A stretch of DNA of 64,000 bases from Candidatus Omnitrophota bacterium. Lineage in GTDB: Bacteria; Omnitrophota; Gorgyraeia; Gygaellales; Profunditerraquicolaceae. Each line of letters opens with the position of its first letter. The stretch's first letter is position 1. The stretch spans positions 139,800 to 203,799 of the forward strand of contig JAOAET010000051.1 of the NCBI GenBank assembly GCA_026416665.1, read 5' to 3'. A model generated the notes under the pieces. The model was not told the DNA's origin. It did not search any database and worked only from the letters and a program-made list of their open reading frames with translations. Of the stretch, positions 50,118 through 59,976 are shown in pieces. Both the position numbers and the translations under genes were made by a program.

Positions 50118-50914
50118 TAAGATTTCCCTTCTACAAAAATGGCGCCCCTTTGCTTATAAGGGACTACTTTTACTGGGCAGTCATAAAGATTAGACAAAAC
50201 ATCCTCTCTTAACGCCACTTCCTTAGACGCAGATAAAATAACTCTTCCTTTTTTCATCAGAACTATTTGATTACAACTTTTTGGTAAAAGTGTAAGGTCA
50301 TGGCTAACCAACAAAATGGTAAGCTCTTTTTCGCTTTTTATTTTATCTATTAGCTCAAGAAGCATTGCCTGTGCAGGAAGGTCAAGATTAGCTAGCGGCT
50401 CATCAAGTAATAGTAGTTTTGGTTGTTGGGCAAGAACTCTGGCCAAGGCAACTTTTCGCTGTTCACCTGCTGACAGATAACCGAATGGTCTATTTAACAA
50501 ATGCCTAATACCTACAAGCTCTGCTGCTTCTTCTATTGTCTCTTTGTCTTTTTTAGAAAAATTATGAAATAAAGAACTATGTGCCAGACGACCAAAACTA
50601 ATTACATCCCAAACTAAGAGGGGTATTTGGGGGTCAATACCAACATTTTGTGGGACATAACCCGTATGTTTTCGAATAAACTTTGGTGAATCTCTTAAAT
50701 CTCTCCCCAACACCTTTACCAAACCCGTTCGGATTTGGCAAAGGCCAAGGATACTTGCCAAAAGAGTAGTTTTACCTGCGCCATTAGGACCTGCTATGGT
50801 TACACAGGAATTTGCTAATACACAAAGACTTACCTGATGTAACGCTTGATGGTAACCATATTCTACATTAACACTATCCAGTACAATAACTGCTTCAGAA
50901 GTAGAATAATTCAT
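50117..50914 (-). CDS. ZnuC/MntA-type metal ABC ATPase
   Basis: GPNGAGKTT, GYVPQ, LSAGEQRK, LLDEP, VSHD. Confidence 0.9.
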   Translation of the reverse strand: MNYSTSEAVIVLDSVNVEYGYHQALHQVSLCVLANSCVTIAGPNGAGKTTLLASILGLCQIRTGLVKVLGRDLRDSPKFIRKHTGYVPQNVGIDPQIPLLVWDVISFGRLAHSSLFHNFSKKDKETIEEAAELVGIRHLLNRPFGYLSAGEQRKVALARVLAQQPKLLLLDEPLANLDLPAQAMLLELIDKIKSEKELTILLVSHDLTLLPKSCNQIVLMKKGRVILSASKEVALREDVLSNLYDCPVKVVPYKQRGAIFVEGKS

Positions 50915-51765
50915 TTTTGAATTGCTTCAATAAGACTTTGAATATTCTCTTCCAAGGTTCCTAAATATGAAAATTTACCATTTACTTCTTTGGGGAAATT
51001 ACTTAATACGACACGGGGAATACCTACGGAAGAGGAGATGGGATTGACACTGTTAGCTGAGCTCTGAAGATTATCTACTACTATTTTTACTTTTTCTTTT
51101 TTAGCCAAATCTATTAATTGCATCAGTGTCTTAGGAGTAATTTCTTCTGGTCTACCATAACTTGCAACTATTTTGAAACCCAACCAAGCTAACAAATCTT
51201 TCTGCATGTTGTTAACAATTACTTTTGATTCTTGAGGATAATTTTTTCGTAATTTATTCAATAATTGTAGACTTCTGTGTTTAATCAAAGAAATATATCG
51301 CTTACTATTATTTTTAAAAAAATCTGCTTTCTCTGGCCAGTAAGCTGACAAAACTTGGCTGATTTTCTCTGTTGCCTTCAAATACACTTCGGGGACCATC
51401 CAGCTACCTTCTACATCAAGCGCAATAACAGTAGTTAATGCCTTATCTTTTCCAGTTAACGAACGTAGCTTTTCTAATATTGTCTTTTCCTCGAATCTAT
51501 GCCCAATAATCAATGTTGCCTGCTGTAACAATTGTGCCTCTTTTACAGTAAGGTCAAAATGCCCGGGACAACTCTGTGGTGGGATAAGGCAGTGTAGTTT
51601 GACTGAATCGGTTGCAATTTCCTGGACAATACTAGCAATATCCGAAGTAGTTACAACTATGATAGGTTTTGCTTCAACATAACTAATAGATAGACAATTA
51701 GAAACACAAAACAATAGAAATGACTTTTCTATAAAATGCCTTATCTTATCTAACAAATTTACCAT
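50911..51765 (-). CDS. ZnuA/TroA-like substrate-binding protein (degenerate metal site)
   Basis: IVVTTS.IASIV..IA, LIPP..CPGHFD, W..P; operon context. Confidence 0.8.
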   Translation of the reverse strand: MVNLLDKIRHFIEKSFLLFCVSNCLSISYVEAKPIIVVTTSDIASIVQEIATDSVKLHCLIPPQSCPGHFDLTVKEAQLLQQATLIIGHRFEEKTILEKLRSLTGKDKALTTVIALDVEGSWMVPEVYLKATEKISQVLSAYWPEKADFFKNNSKRYISLIKHRSLQLLNKLRKNYPQESKVIVNNMQKDLLAWLGFKIVASYGRPEEITPKTLMQLIDLAKKEKVKIVVDNLQSSANSVNPISSSVGIPRVVLSNFPKEVNGKFSYLGTLEENIQSLIEAIQK

Positions 51766-53558
51766 TTAAAAGTTAATCCTATTTCATAATTACGTTTAGG
51801 TTGCACAAAAACACCTGAGGCACCTGGTATATCAGCATAAATCTTATGTTCTACGTTTAACACATTATTTACCGCCCCAAAAACTTCCCAACCTTCTTTT
51901 ACATTATACACAGTTTTTAGATTAAGTAAGAAAAAATTTGGTATTGCTTGCTGCTTATTATCTGCTGCATAGTATTCATCCACTATTTGTGCCATTACAC
52001 TATTTCTCCAACGCCCTACAGAATTTAAAATAGAGACATCTACTTCATGCTTGGGTCTGCCTTGAGTAAATCTACCTGTGTGTAGCCAGCTGTAGGAAAC
52101 ACGGCCTTGCCAATGCTTGTTAAAGGCATAATTTAAGGAAGATTCGTGTCCTCTAAAACGCACTTTATCTAAGTTTTGAAATTTACCCGCACTTATGCGG
52201 ATAAAATCCCGTGCATGCATAATGAAATAAGTAGTCTCTAAACTAATTTTTTCATTAAAAATATGATTAATACCTACCTCGTAATTCCAAACAGTCTCTT
52301 CTTTTAAATCCGGATTTGCCTGGGTGGCAAATCGCAATTCATTTAATTGTGGGGCACGGAACCCGCGATTAACTACTGCCCGCAGGCTTGTTGTGTCCAA
52401 AACGCGTAGCACTGCACCTGTTTGAGTAGCGATTAATGAACCTGCATATTCATCCTCATTATAGCGTACACCTGCAGTTAAAATTAATCTATCCAAAAAT
52501 CTCTGCTCATCCTGTAGAAAAAAACCATATTCGTCTTTTTCGTATTTACCCAAGGTTACACCTGGTCCATTTAATACTTTACCTCCTTGTTGACGAAACT
52601 CGCCCCCAATAAGCAGTTGGTTTGTTTCTATCAATTTCACCCCATAGTGCATTATGACACCATTGGTATAATCTTTAGAATGGGTTTTGTCAGAAAATCT
52701 ATGTGTCCCAAAGTCCCGGTATAGTTTGCCCAAAATACTTAAATTCTCACCAATTTCACCCTCTAAACTTAAATCATACGAGCCCCGTTCATAATTATTC
52801 CAAGAATAAGCAGGTGAAGGGGCGGGTTCACGTTTGAATCCATCATATGCACGGCTGTTGAATATTAATTTAAGCTCATCATTTAACTGTTGGGCAAGGC
52901 GCAAAGTTAGATTTTTTCTATTAAAATCAGAATTAGGCAGATGCCCACGTGTTTTTAGGGTATCAAAGGTAACAAAATAATCAAATCTATCGTATTTGCC
53001 ACCTTGTTTAAGCAGAACCTCCCAGAGGTCATATGAACCATAAAGAGTTTTTAATTCTCCTTGAAACTCTTTGGTAGGTTTTTCAGTTATAATATTTAAA
53101 ACACCTCCTAATGCATCAGAACCATAAAGCACAGAGGCAGGACCACGAACTACTTCTATACGTTGAACATTATCCAAGGGGAAAGCATCGGTTATCGTGC
53201 AACCATACAGACCCATTTTTTCAGGCTTACCATCTACTAAAACCATAATACGCCTACCACGGCTACCGTGTCCTCGGATAACTACATCTGCCCTGCCAAA
53301 ACCGGTGGTTTTATGTACAAAAACACCTGGTAACCCAGAAAGTAAATCTGTAGCAGAATGGCTCGTTGTTGCCTCTATATCCTTTTTGGTGATAACACTT
53401 ACTGCCAAAGAAGAATCTGATACTGATAGAGAATAACGTGAAGGCGTAACCACAATTTTACCTAAAGAATATTCATCTTCCTGTTGTTGGGCAAAGACCG
53501 TAATACCACTAAATAAAACCACACCCGATAAAGTTACAAGTAACCACTTGCTTTTCAT
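51759..53558 (-). CDS. TonB-dependent outer-membrane receptor (BtuB/CirA-like)
   Basis: Signal peptide, IVVTPSR TonB-box region, IEVVRGPASVLYGSDALGGVLNIIT plug, NPDLKEE, C-terminal W. Confidence 0.92.
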   Translation of the reverse strand: MKSKWLLVTLSGVVLFSGITVFAQQQEDEYSLGKIVVTPSRYSLSVSDSSLAVSVITKKDIEATTSHSATDLLSGLPGVFVHKTTGFGRADVVIRGHGSRGRRIMVLVDGKPEKMGLYGCTITDAFPLDNVQRIEVVRGPASVLYGSDALGGVLNIITEKPTKEFQGELKTLYGSYDLWEVLLKQGGKYDRFDYFVTFDTLKTRGHLPNSDFNRKNLTLRLAQQLNDELKLIFNSRAYDGFKREPAPSPAYSWNNYERGSYDLSLEGEIGENLSILGKLYRDFGTHRFSDKTHSKDYTNGVIMHYGVKLIETNQLLIGGEFRQQGGKVLNGPGVTLGKYEKDEYGFFLQDEQRFLDRLILTAGVRYNEDEYAGSLIATQTGAVLRVLDTTSLRAVVNRGFRAPQLNELRFATQANPDLKEETVWNYEVGINHIFNEKISLETTYFIMHARDFIRISAGKFQNLDKVRFRGHESSLNYAFNKHWQGRVSYSWLHTGRFTQGRPKHEVDVSILNSVGRWRNSVMAQIVDEYYAADNKQQAIPNFFLLNLKTVYNVKEGWEVFGAVNNVLNVEHKIYADIPGASGVFVQPKRNYEIGLTFKW

Positions 53559-53603
53559 CCTTCCTCCTTTTTAAAAGGGTTTTTAACAAAAAAGAATATA
53601 TTT

Positions 53604-53630
53604 TTATTACTTTTCTAAATTTCGTGTTAC
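53604..53630. promoter_or_regulatory. NikR-like operator candidate 1
   Basis: TTATTAC-N13-GTGTTAC. Confidence 0.45.
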
Positions 53631-53736
53631 AAATAATAAAAAAAATATAACTTTATGCCAAAAGCTAGATTAAAAATTATATGGGGCAAATAGACCAAAC
53701 ATTGTTTTTCGCGTAGAAAATAAAAGTACTTATTTG

Positions 53737-53781
53737 TTATTACTTTTTTAAAAATCATAACACAAAATTATTCTCTGTCAA
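53737..53781 (-). promoter_or_regulatory. sigma70 promoter overlapped by NikR-like operator candidate 2
   Basis: TTGACA-N16-TATGAT; the -10 overlaps GTGTTAT-N13-GTAATAA. Confidence 0.5.
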
Positions 53782-53809
53782 GTTTTTTAGAGATTCTAGT
53801 AGTAAAAAA

Positions 53810-54397
53810 TCAGAACCTTGCCTGCACAATCTTCCAGTTGATAACATTTAAAAAATTTTCTACATACTTTGCCCGCTCAAGTTGATAATCTATTAGATAA
53901 GCATGTTCAAAAACGTCTAAGACCAGAATAACTTTAGCAGTAACTAAATGTCCTACATCGTGTTCATTAACCCAGACATTAAATAACTGCTTACTCTGAG
54001 AGTCCTGATACAATAACACCCAACCAATACCTCTCATTAATGCAGTAGAGACAAAATCCTTCTTCCATTGTTCAAGACTTGTAAAATCCTCAATTATTTT
54101 CTTAGCTAATTCGCTCTTAGGGTCTAAAGGGTTATTTGCTCCAATATTTTCAAAGTATAACTCATGCAAACGCATACCATTAAATTCCCAACCAAATCGG
54201 CGTTTTAGTTCGGCAAAATCAACAGCCCTATCTTTTCCTTCTTTTTTTAATAAATTTAATTGTTCCAGAATAATATTTGTGTTTTTTACATAACCCTGGT
54301 ATAGTTTGAAATGATTTTCTAATAAGGTATCACTAAAACCTGCTGTGCCTTTTAAGTAAGAAAAATCTTTAGCTTGGTAAACTATGCTCTCACCCAT
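53810..54397 (-). CDS. Fe/Mn superoxide dismutase family protein (ChrC-like subtype)
   Basis: NHFKLYQGYV, FNGMRLHELYF, DVFEHAY. Confidence 0.85.
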   Translation of the reverse strand: MGESIVYQAKDFSYLKGTAGFSDTLLENHFKLYQGYVKNTNIILEQLNLLKKEGKDRAVDFAELKRRFGWEFNGMRLHELYFENIGANNPLDPKSELAKKIIEDFTSLEQWKKDFVSTALMRGIGWVLLYQDSQSKQLFNVWVNEHDVGHLVTAKVILVLDVFEHAYLIDYQLERAKYVENFLNVINWKIVQARF

Positions 54398-54437
54398 AGC
54401 GCCTCCTTTTTTAGATACTGTGTATTGGTCTTCAATT

Positions 54438-56237
54438 TTATATTTTTACAGTTTTGTTTAATAAAAAAGGGGTATCTAGTTCATTTCTTTCATGGTAATG
54501 TGTATGTAACAACTGATGAGAAAGTTCAGAAAGAGGTTTACCTAAAAACTCTTGATAAATCTGTTTTATCGCAGGATTCTCATGGGATTTACGAACAGAT
54601 TTACTGCGGTCTTCCTCGTAAATTGCCTCCATTCGTTTTTGTCTTGTCTGTGTATCTGTAGGAATTGGTTGTCCACCACCACCCAAACACCCACCAGGGC
54701 AGGTCATTATTTCAATAAAAGTATAAGGAGATTTACCATTCTGAACCTCCTCTAATAAAACACGGGCATTACTTAAGGAATTCGCTACGGCTACTTTAAG
54801 TAACAATCCATTTAAATCTAACTCGGCAGTTTTTATTCCCTCAAGGCCTCTTACTTGTTTAAATTCAACATCACTAAGTGGCTGATTAGTTAAAACTTCG
54901 TAGGCGGTACGTAGAGCTGCTTCCATTACACCACCTGTTGCTCCAAATACAACCGCCGCACCTGTAGAAATACCAAGAGGCTCGTCAAATTCTTCATCTG
55001 CTAAACGAGTAAAATCAATACCTGCTTCTTTCATCATGCGAGCAGCCTCTCGCGTAGTTAAAACGAAATCCACATCTACAAAATGTTCTTTTTCATCTAA
55101 ATTCATAACATTTTTCCAATACCTGAAGGCTGCATCCATCTCAGGCCTATGTGCCTCAAATTTTTTGGCAGTACAGGGCATTATTGATACAACTACTATT
55201 TTACGTGGGTCAATACCTATTTTTTTTGCATAGTAAGTTTTTGCCACTGCTCCAAACATCTGTTGTGGCGATTTACAACTGGAAATGTGCTTAAGCACTT
55301 TAGGATAGAAATGCTCGGCAAACTTAATCCAACCAGGAGAACAAGAAGTAATCAGCGGTAAAGGTCCTTTATTTTTAATCCGATGAATTAATTCGTGTGC
55401 TTCTTCCATAATAGTAAGGTCAGCAGAAAATTGGGTATCAAATACTTTTTTAAACCCAAGCCTACGTAAAGCAGCAACCATCTTACCCGTTATACGACTT
55501 CCTGCAGCCAACCCAAATTCTTCACCAATAGAAGCCCTTACTGCCGGAGCTGTTTCTACCACTACAAATTTTTGGTTATCTGACAATGCCTTCCAGACCC
55601 CTTGAATATGATAATTCTCAACTAAAGCGCCCGTCGGACAAACCAAAAGACATTGTCCACAATTAACACACGAAGAATTTCCTAACCCTCTATCCATAAA
55701 AGTGCTGATACGCGTGCGTTTACCCCGGTTTATCGCCTCTATAGCCCGCACAGATTGAATTTTTTCACAAACTGCAGTGCATCTACGACAGAGAATACAT
55801 TTATTAGGGTCACGAACAATAGCCGAAGAACTTTGGTCTATGGGTAAAGATATGCTGGTTTCTTTAGAAAACCGCACTCTTTGGATTCCCATCTCAAAAG
55901 CAAGACGGCGCAGTTGGCAATTCTGGTTACGTTCACAGACAAAACAGTCTTGAGGATGGCTTGCCAAAAGTAGTTCTAAGTTTAAAAGGCGCCCTTTACG
56001 TACACGCTCGGTGTTAGTTCGAATTACCATTCCGTCTGTAACTTCTGTGACGCAAGCACGCATTAGCGTCTTTGCTCCTTCCACCTCTACAAGGCAAATA
56101 GAACAAGAGGCTTCTTCGCTTACTCCGTCTAAATAACAGAGATTAGGAATAATAATACCTAACTCTTCACAAGCCTTCAAAATAGTAGTGGCTTTAGCAA
56201 TCTGGTATTCTTGTCCATCAATAGTGATTTTGGGCAT
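54438..56237 (-). CDS. hydA: [FeFe]-hydrogenase group A catalytic subunit (multimeric type)
   Basis: 2Fe-2S, HxxxCxxC and 2x4Fe-4S domains; L1 TSCSPGW, L2 MPCTAKKFE, L3 EIMTCPGGCLGGGGQP. Confidence 0.95.
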   Translation of the reverse strand: MPKITIDGQEYQIAKATTILKACEELGIIIPNLCYLDGVSEEASCSICLVEVEGAKTLMRACVTEVTDGMVIRTNTERVRKGRLLNLELLLASHPQDCFVCERNQNCQLRRLAFEMGIQRVRFSKETSISLPIDQSSSAIVRDPNKCILCRRCTAVCEKIQSVRAIEAINRGKRTRISTFMDRGLGNSSCVNCGQCLLVCPTGALVENYHIQGVWKALSDNQKFVVVETAPAVRASIGEEFGLAAGSRITGKMVAALRRLGFKKVFDTQFSADLTIMEEAHELIHRIKNKGPLPLITSCSPGWIKFAEHFYPKVLKHISSCKSPQQMFGAVAKTYYAKKIGIDPRKIVVVSIMPCTAKKFEAHRPEMDAAFRYWKNVMNLDEKEHFVDVDFVLTTREAARMMKEAGIDFTRLADEEFDEPLGISTGAAVVFGATGGVMEAALRTAYEVLTNQPLSDVEFKQVRGLEGIKTAELDLNGLLLKVAVANSLSNARVLLEEVQNGKSPYTFIEIMTCPGGCLGGGGQPIPTDTQTRQKRMEAIYEEDRSKSVRKSHENPAIKQIYQEFLGKPLSELSHQLLHTHYHERNELDTPFLLNKTVKI

Positions 56238-56280
56238 AGTAGACTCCTTGCAAACTCTTGTTAAACGAAAGAAAAATGAT

Positions 56281-59200
56281 TTACTCAGTTTTTACATCAC
56301 AACGCAAACACCGAAGTGTCTCTAAATGTGCCTGATTTTCTGTCAGTCCCAATGAAATTTCTTTAAAGTTGTTCAACCTTTGGGAAAGTTTTAATCTTTG
56401 CCCTGTTTGTTTCTTAGCAGCAGCTGGTTTAGGGGGAACAGACATAGAATAAGCAAATTTACCTGTTAACAGACAAGACCTGTCCTCATGCATAAGATAA
56501 CGGTCAATGGCAAAAGCAGCTGTTTTGCCGTCAGCCATAGCCTCTACGGCTGTAGCAGGTCCTCTCACTAAATCGCCACCAGCAAATACCTTATCCACTG
56601 TGGTCTTAAGGGTAAAACGATTAACTAATACTGTGCCATCTTTGTTACAAACTAATCCAAACTGACGTAAGAAGTCCGAATCTACTGATTCACCTATCGC
56701 AGTAAGTATTGTATCAGCCTCTATCTCAAAAGTTTCTTCTGTAGGAATAGGTCTTCTTCTTCCTGAGGCATCAAAATCTCCAGGCACCATCTTTTGAACA
56801 AGTAATGCACGCACACAACCTTTGTTATCGGATAGAATTTCTTTAGGGGCTGCATAGAAAACAAATCTAACACCCTCTCGCTGTGCTTCTTTTATCTCAT
56901 CTTCATTAGCAGGCATATCATCGTGGCCCCTGCGATAAACAATAGTAGGTTGAGCGCCAAATCTTAAAGCAGTGCGCGCAGCATCTACTGCAACATTACC
57001 CGCACCTATAATTATTACCTTTCTACCAATATTTGGTTTCTTTTTCTGGGCAACTGCCTCAAGATAACTAACACCGCTGGTAACTCCTTTTAGATTCTCT
57101 CCAGGAATACCTAAAGGTACACTCTTATAAGCACCTGTAGCTAAAAACACTGCATCGTTCTTACTGGCAATAATGCGTAAGGAGTCAGCGTCAACCTTTG
57201 TATTAAACACAAATCTTACCCCTAGTTTTTTAATAAAACTTATTTCTTTGGCAAGAACTTTTTTAGGAAGACGATATTCAGGGATACCATAACGTAAGAT
57301 TCCTCCTGCCTCAGCAAACTTTTCATAAACTGTTACCGAATGGCCCAGACGAATAAGATAAAACGCTGCTGTCAACCCCGCAGGCCCTGCGCCTATAATA
57401 GCAACTTTTTTCTTAGTAGAAGCAGGTTTTTCTGCAAATAACTTTTTAATAATGGTTAATTCCTTTTTCTTTTTATAAATAGTATCTGCTACAAACCTAT
57501 GAACTTCTCCCTGCGATACAGGTTCATCAATATCTTCTCTACGACAACGTAATTTGCAATGGAAGTGACAAATTCTACCTGAAGAAGCAGGAAAAGGATT
57601 GTCTCTGTAAATCAACTCAAATGCCTGGCGTAATTTACCTTCTTTTAACAATGTTAGATAGCCAGGAATATTTATGTGTAAAGGACAAGAATTTTCACAA
57701 GGGGCAAGAAAAAGCTTAAGACATACACCTGCATCACAACGTTTTTCTTCAATATGCTGTTCATACTCCTGACGAAAATACTTTAGAGTTGTTAAAACAG
57801 GATTAGGAGCGGTCTGACCTAATCCACAAAGTGCAGAATCTTTGATACCATTTCCTATCTCCTCTAATAAAACCAAATCTTCCTGCTCAGCTTGACCTGC
57901 AGTAACCTTACGAAGAATATTTAATATCTGATATAAACCTTCCCTACAGGGAGTACACTTACCGCAGGATTCGGACATAACAAATTCGGTAAAGTAGCGC
58001 GCAACATCCACCATACAATTGTCCTGGTCCATAACTACCATTCCACCTGACCCCATTATTGCACCTAGACTATTTAGTGATTCGTAATCTACAGGCGTAT
58101 CAAACAAAGAAACCGGAATACAGCCACCGGAAGGACCACCTGACTGCACTGCCTTTACTTTCTTACGTGTTCCTGTGCCTGCACCAATATTGTAAACTAA
58201 TACTTTTAAAGGCTGGCCCAAAGGAAGTTCCACCAGACCTGTATTTTTAACCTTGCCAACAAGTGAGAATACCTTGGTACCACTTGAGGTAGCAGTTCCT
58301 GTTTGGGTAAACCATTCACCACCTTTAGCTATAATTACTGGAATATTACACCAAGTTTCCACGTTGTTGATGGTGGTTGGCTTATCGTATAGACCTTTCT
58401 GGGCAGGAAATGGTGGACGTAATCTGGGTCTTCCAGATTTTCCTTCAATAGAGGCAATCATAGCTGTTTCTTCTCCACAGACAAAAGCACCCGCACCTTC
58501 AACTAAACGCAGACTAAAAGAAAATTCCGTTCCCAAGATTTTGGAACCCAATATGCCATACTCTTCAGCCTGCTTTATTGCCTGCTTTAGACGCAGAACC
58601 GCTAAAGGATACTCTGCTCTAATATAAATTATTCCTTCTTTTGCACCCATTGCATAAGCGCCAATAATCATACCTTCTATAAGCATATGTGGGTCTGACT
58701 CTATTTCATTACGGTTCATATAGGCACCTGGGTCTCCTTCATCAGCATTACAGATTACATACTTTTGGTCTGAGACTACCTGTTTCATTAATTCCCATTT
58801 TCTGCCAGTAGGAAAACCTGCTCCACCTCTTCCGCGTAGTTTAGATTTCTTCACCTCTTCAATTACTGATTCAGGAGTAAATTTGGTTAATACCTTATAA
58901 AGAGAATAATAACCACCAACAGCAATATATTCTTCGATATCTTCAGGATTAATTAGACCAGCATTGCGCAATACAATCTTCTTTTGCCATTTGAAAAAAT
59001 CAAGCTCGTTCCAAAGAGGAATATGCTCAAGCCCTTGTCCAAATTCTATCTTTTCGGTCAGATGGTCCCATGTATCTATCCTACATAGACACAATCGTTC
59101 CAAAATAGAACCTTTTTTAAGTTCTGAGATTATACGACTAACATCTTTTTCCGATACTTTTTTAAGAATTACCAAGGGCTTACCCGGCAGGTGAATATTA

Positions 59201-59424
59201 ACCAGTGGCTCTTGGGCACAGAAACCAAAGCAACCAGTTTTGGTTATTTGCCAGTTGAGTTTGTTTTTGGCAATAGTTTTCTGAAAAGCTGTGTATACTT
59301 TATCGGCATCATTACCAATACCACAGGTACCCATCCCTATGGCAATACGAATGTTTTGGGAAAGATATTTCTTTAGACCCCGGGCTTTTATTTCTTGTAA
59401 TTGCTCAAGATTAGTTATTTTCAT
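56281..59424 (-). CDS. hydB: HydB/NuoF-like diaphorase subunit fused to a GltD/NfnB-like FAD domain
   Basis: Trx-like 2Fe-2S N-terminus, LRGRGGAGF, CNADEGDPGA, GAGAFVCGEET, SCGKCTPC, then PCENSCP..CHFHC, GAGPAGL, GAGNVAVD, VYRR, RCLRCD. Confidence 0.9.
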   Translation of the reverse strand: MKITNLEQLQEIKARGLKKYLSQNIRIAIGMGTCGIGNDADKVYTAFQKTIAKNKLNWQITKTGCFGFCAQEPLVNIHLPGKPLVILKKVSEKDVSRIISELKKGSILERLCLCRIDTWDHLTEKIEFGQGLEHIPLWNELDFFKWQKKIVLRNAGLINPEDIEEYIAVGGYYSLYKVLTKFTPESVIEEVKKSKLRGRGGAGFPTGRKWELMKQVVSDQKYVICNADEGDPGAYMNRNEIESDPHMLIEGMIIGAYAMGAKEGIIYIRAEYPLAVLRLKQAIKQAEEYGILGSKILGTEFSFSLRLVEGAGAFVCGEETAMIASIEGKSGRPRLRPPFPAQKGLYDKPTTINNVETWCNIPVIIAKGGEWFTQTGTATSSGTKVFSLVGKVKNTGLVELPLGQPLKVLVYNIGAGTGTRKKVKAVQSGGPSGGCIPVSLFDTPVDYESLNSLGAIMGSGGMVVMDQDNCMVDVARYFTEFVMSESCGKCTPCREGLYQILNILRKVTAGQAEQEDLVLLEEIGNGIKDSALCGLGQTAPNPVLTTLKYFRQEYEQHIEEKRCDAGVCLKLFLAPCENSCPLHINIPGYLTLLKEGKLRQAFELIYRDNPFPASSGRICHFHCKLRCRREDIDEPVSQGEVHRFVADTIYKKKKELTIIKKLFAEKPASTKKKVAIIGAGPAGLTAAFYLIRLGHSVTVYEKFAEAGGILRYGIPEYRLPKKVLAKEISFIKKLGVRFVFNTKVDADSLRIIASKNDAVFLATGAYKSVPLGIPGENLKGVTSGVSYLEAVAQKKKPNIGRKVIIIGAGNVAVDAARTALRFGAQPTIVYRRGHDDMPANEDEIKEAQREGVRFVFYAAPKEILSDNKGCVRALLVQKMVPGDFDASGRRRPIPTEETFEIEADTILTAIGESVDSDFLRQFGLVCNKDGTVLVNRFTLKTTVDKVFAGGDLVRGPATAVEAMADGKTAAFAIDRYLMHEDRSCLLTGKFAYSMSVPPKPAAAKKQTGQRLKLSQRLNNFKEISLGLTENQAHLETLRCLRCDVKTE

Positions 59425-59951
59425 TTTGCCTTTCCCCTTCTGGCTATTCTTGATACCAGTTCTTTTAATTTGTTTTCTGTCATATGGCTATAAATTACAC
59501 CGTCAATCTCTACTACCGGAGCCAATGCACACTGTCCAAAACATGCCACTGTTTTAATAGTGAACTTTTTATCTGCAGTAGTAAGGAATACTTTTTCTCC
59601 CTCCTGGGATTCCTCTTCTTTTATTCCCAGCATCTTTTTAATAAACTCCAATAGCTCTTTAGAACGGCGGGTATGGCAGGCTGTCCCGCGACAGATAATG
59701 ATGGAATGTTCTCCTTGTGGTTTGAGATTAAAAAATGCATAAAAGGTAACTACACTGTAAATACGAGAAAGAGGAATAGCTGTCTTTTTTGATATATAAG
59801 CAAGAACTTCTTCGGGAAGATATTTATGTTTATTAAGATTCTGAACTTCTTCTAATATGCTTAAAAGTCCTCCGGGTTTTCCAACATACTTATTTATTAC
59901 TGCGTCTACTTTAGCTAAGGAAAATTCTTCTTTCGTAATAGTCTTACCCAT
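59421..59951 (-). CDS. hydC: HydC/NuoE-like 2Fe-2S subunit
   Basis: VVTFYAFF, ICRGTACH, ACFGQCALAPV. Confidence 0.9.
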   Translation of the reverse strand: MGKTITKEEFSLAKVDAVINKYVGKPGGLLSILEEVQNLNKHKYLPEEVLAYISKKTAIPLSRIYSVVTFYAFFNLKPQGEHSIIICRGTACHTRRSKELLEFIKKMLGIKEEESQEGEKVFLTTADKKFTIKTVACFGQCALAPVVEIDGVIYSHMTENKLKELVSRIARRGKAK

Positions 59952-59976
59952 ACTTTACCCTTTCAAAATTAAAGTT

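Noticed and set aside
53559-53809. Cobalamin riboswitch ahead of the BtuB-like receptor
   Set aside because: Leader is very AT-rich and lacks the B12-box and conserved stems
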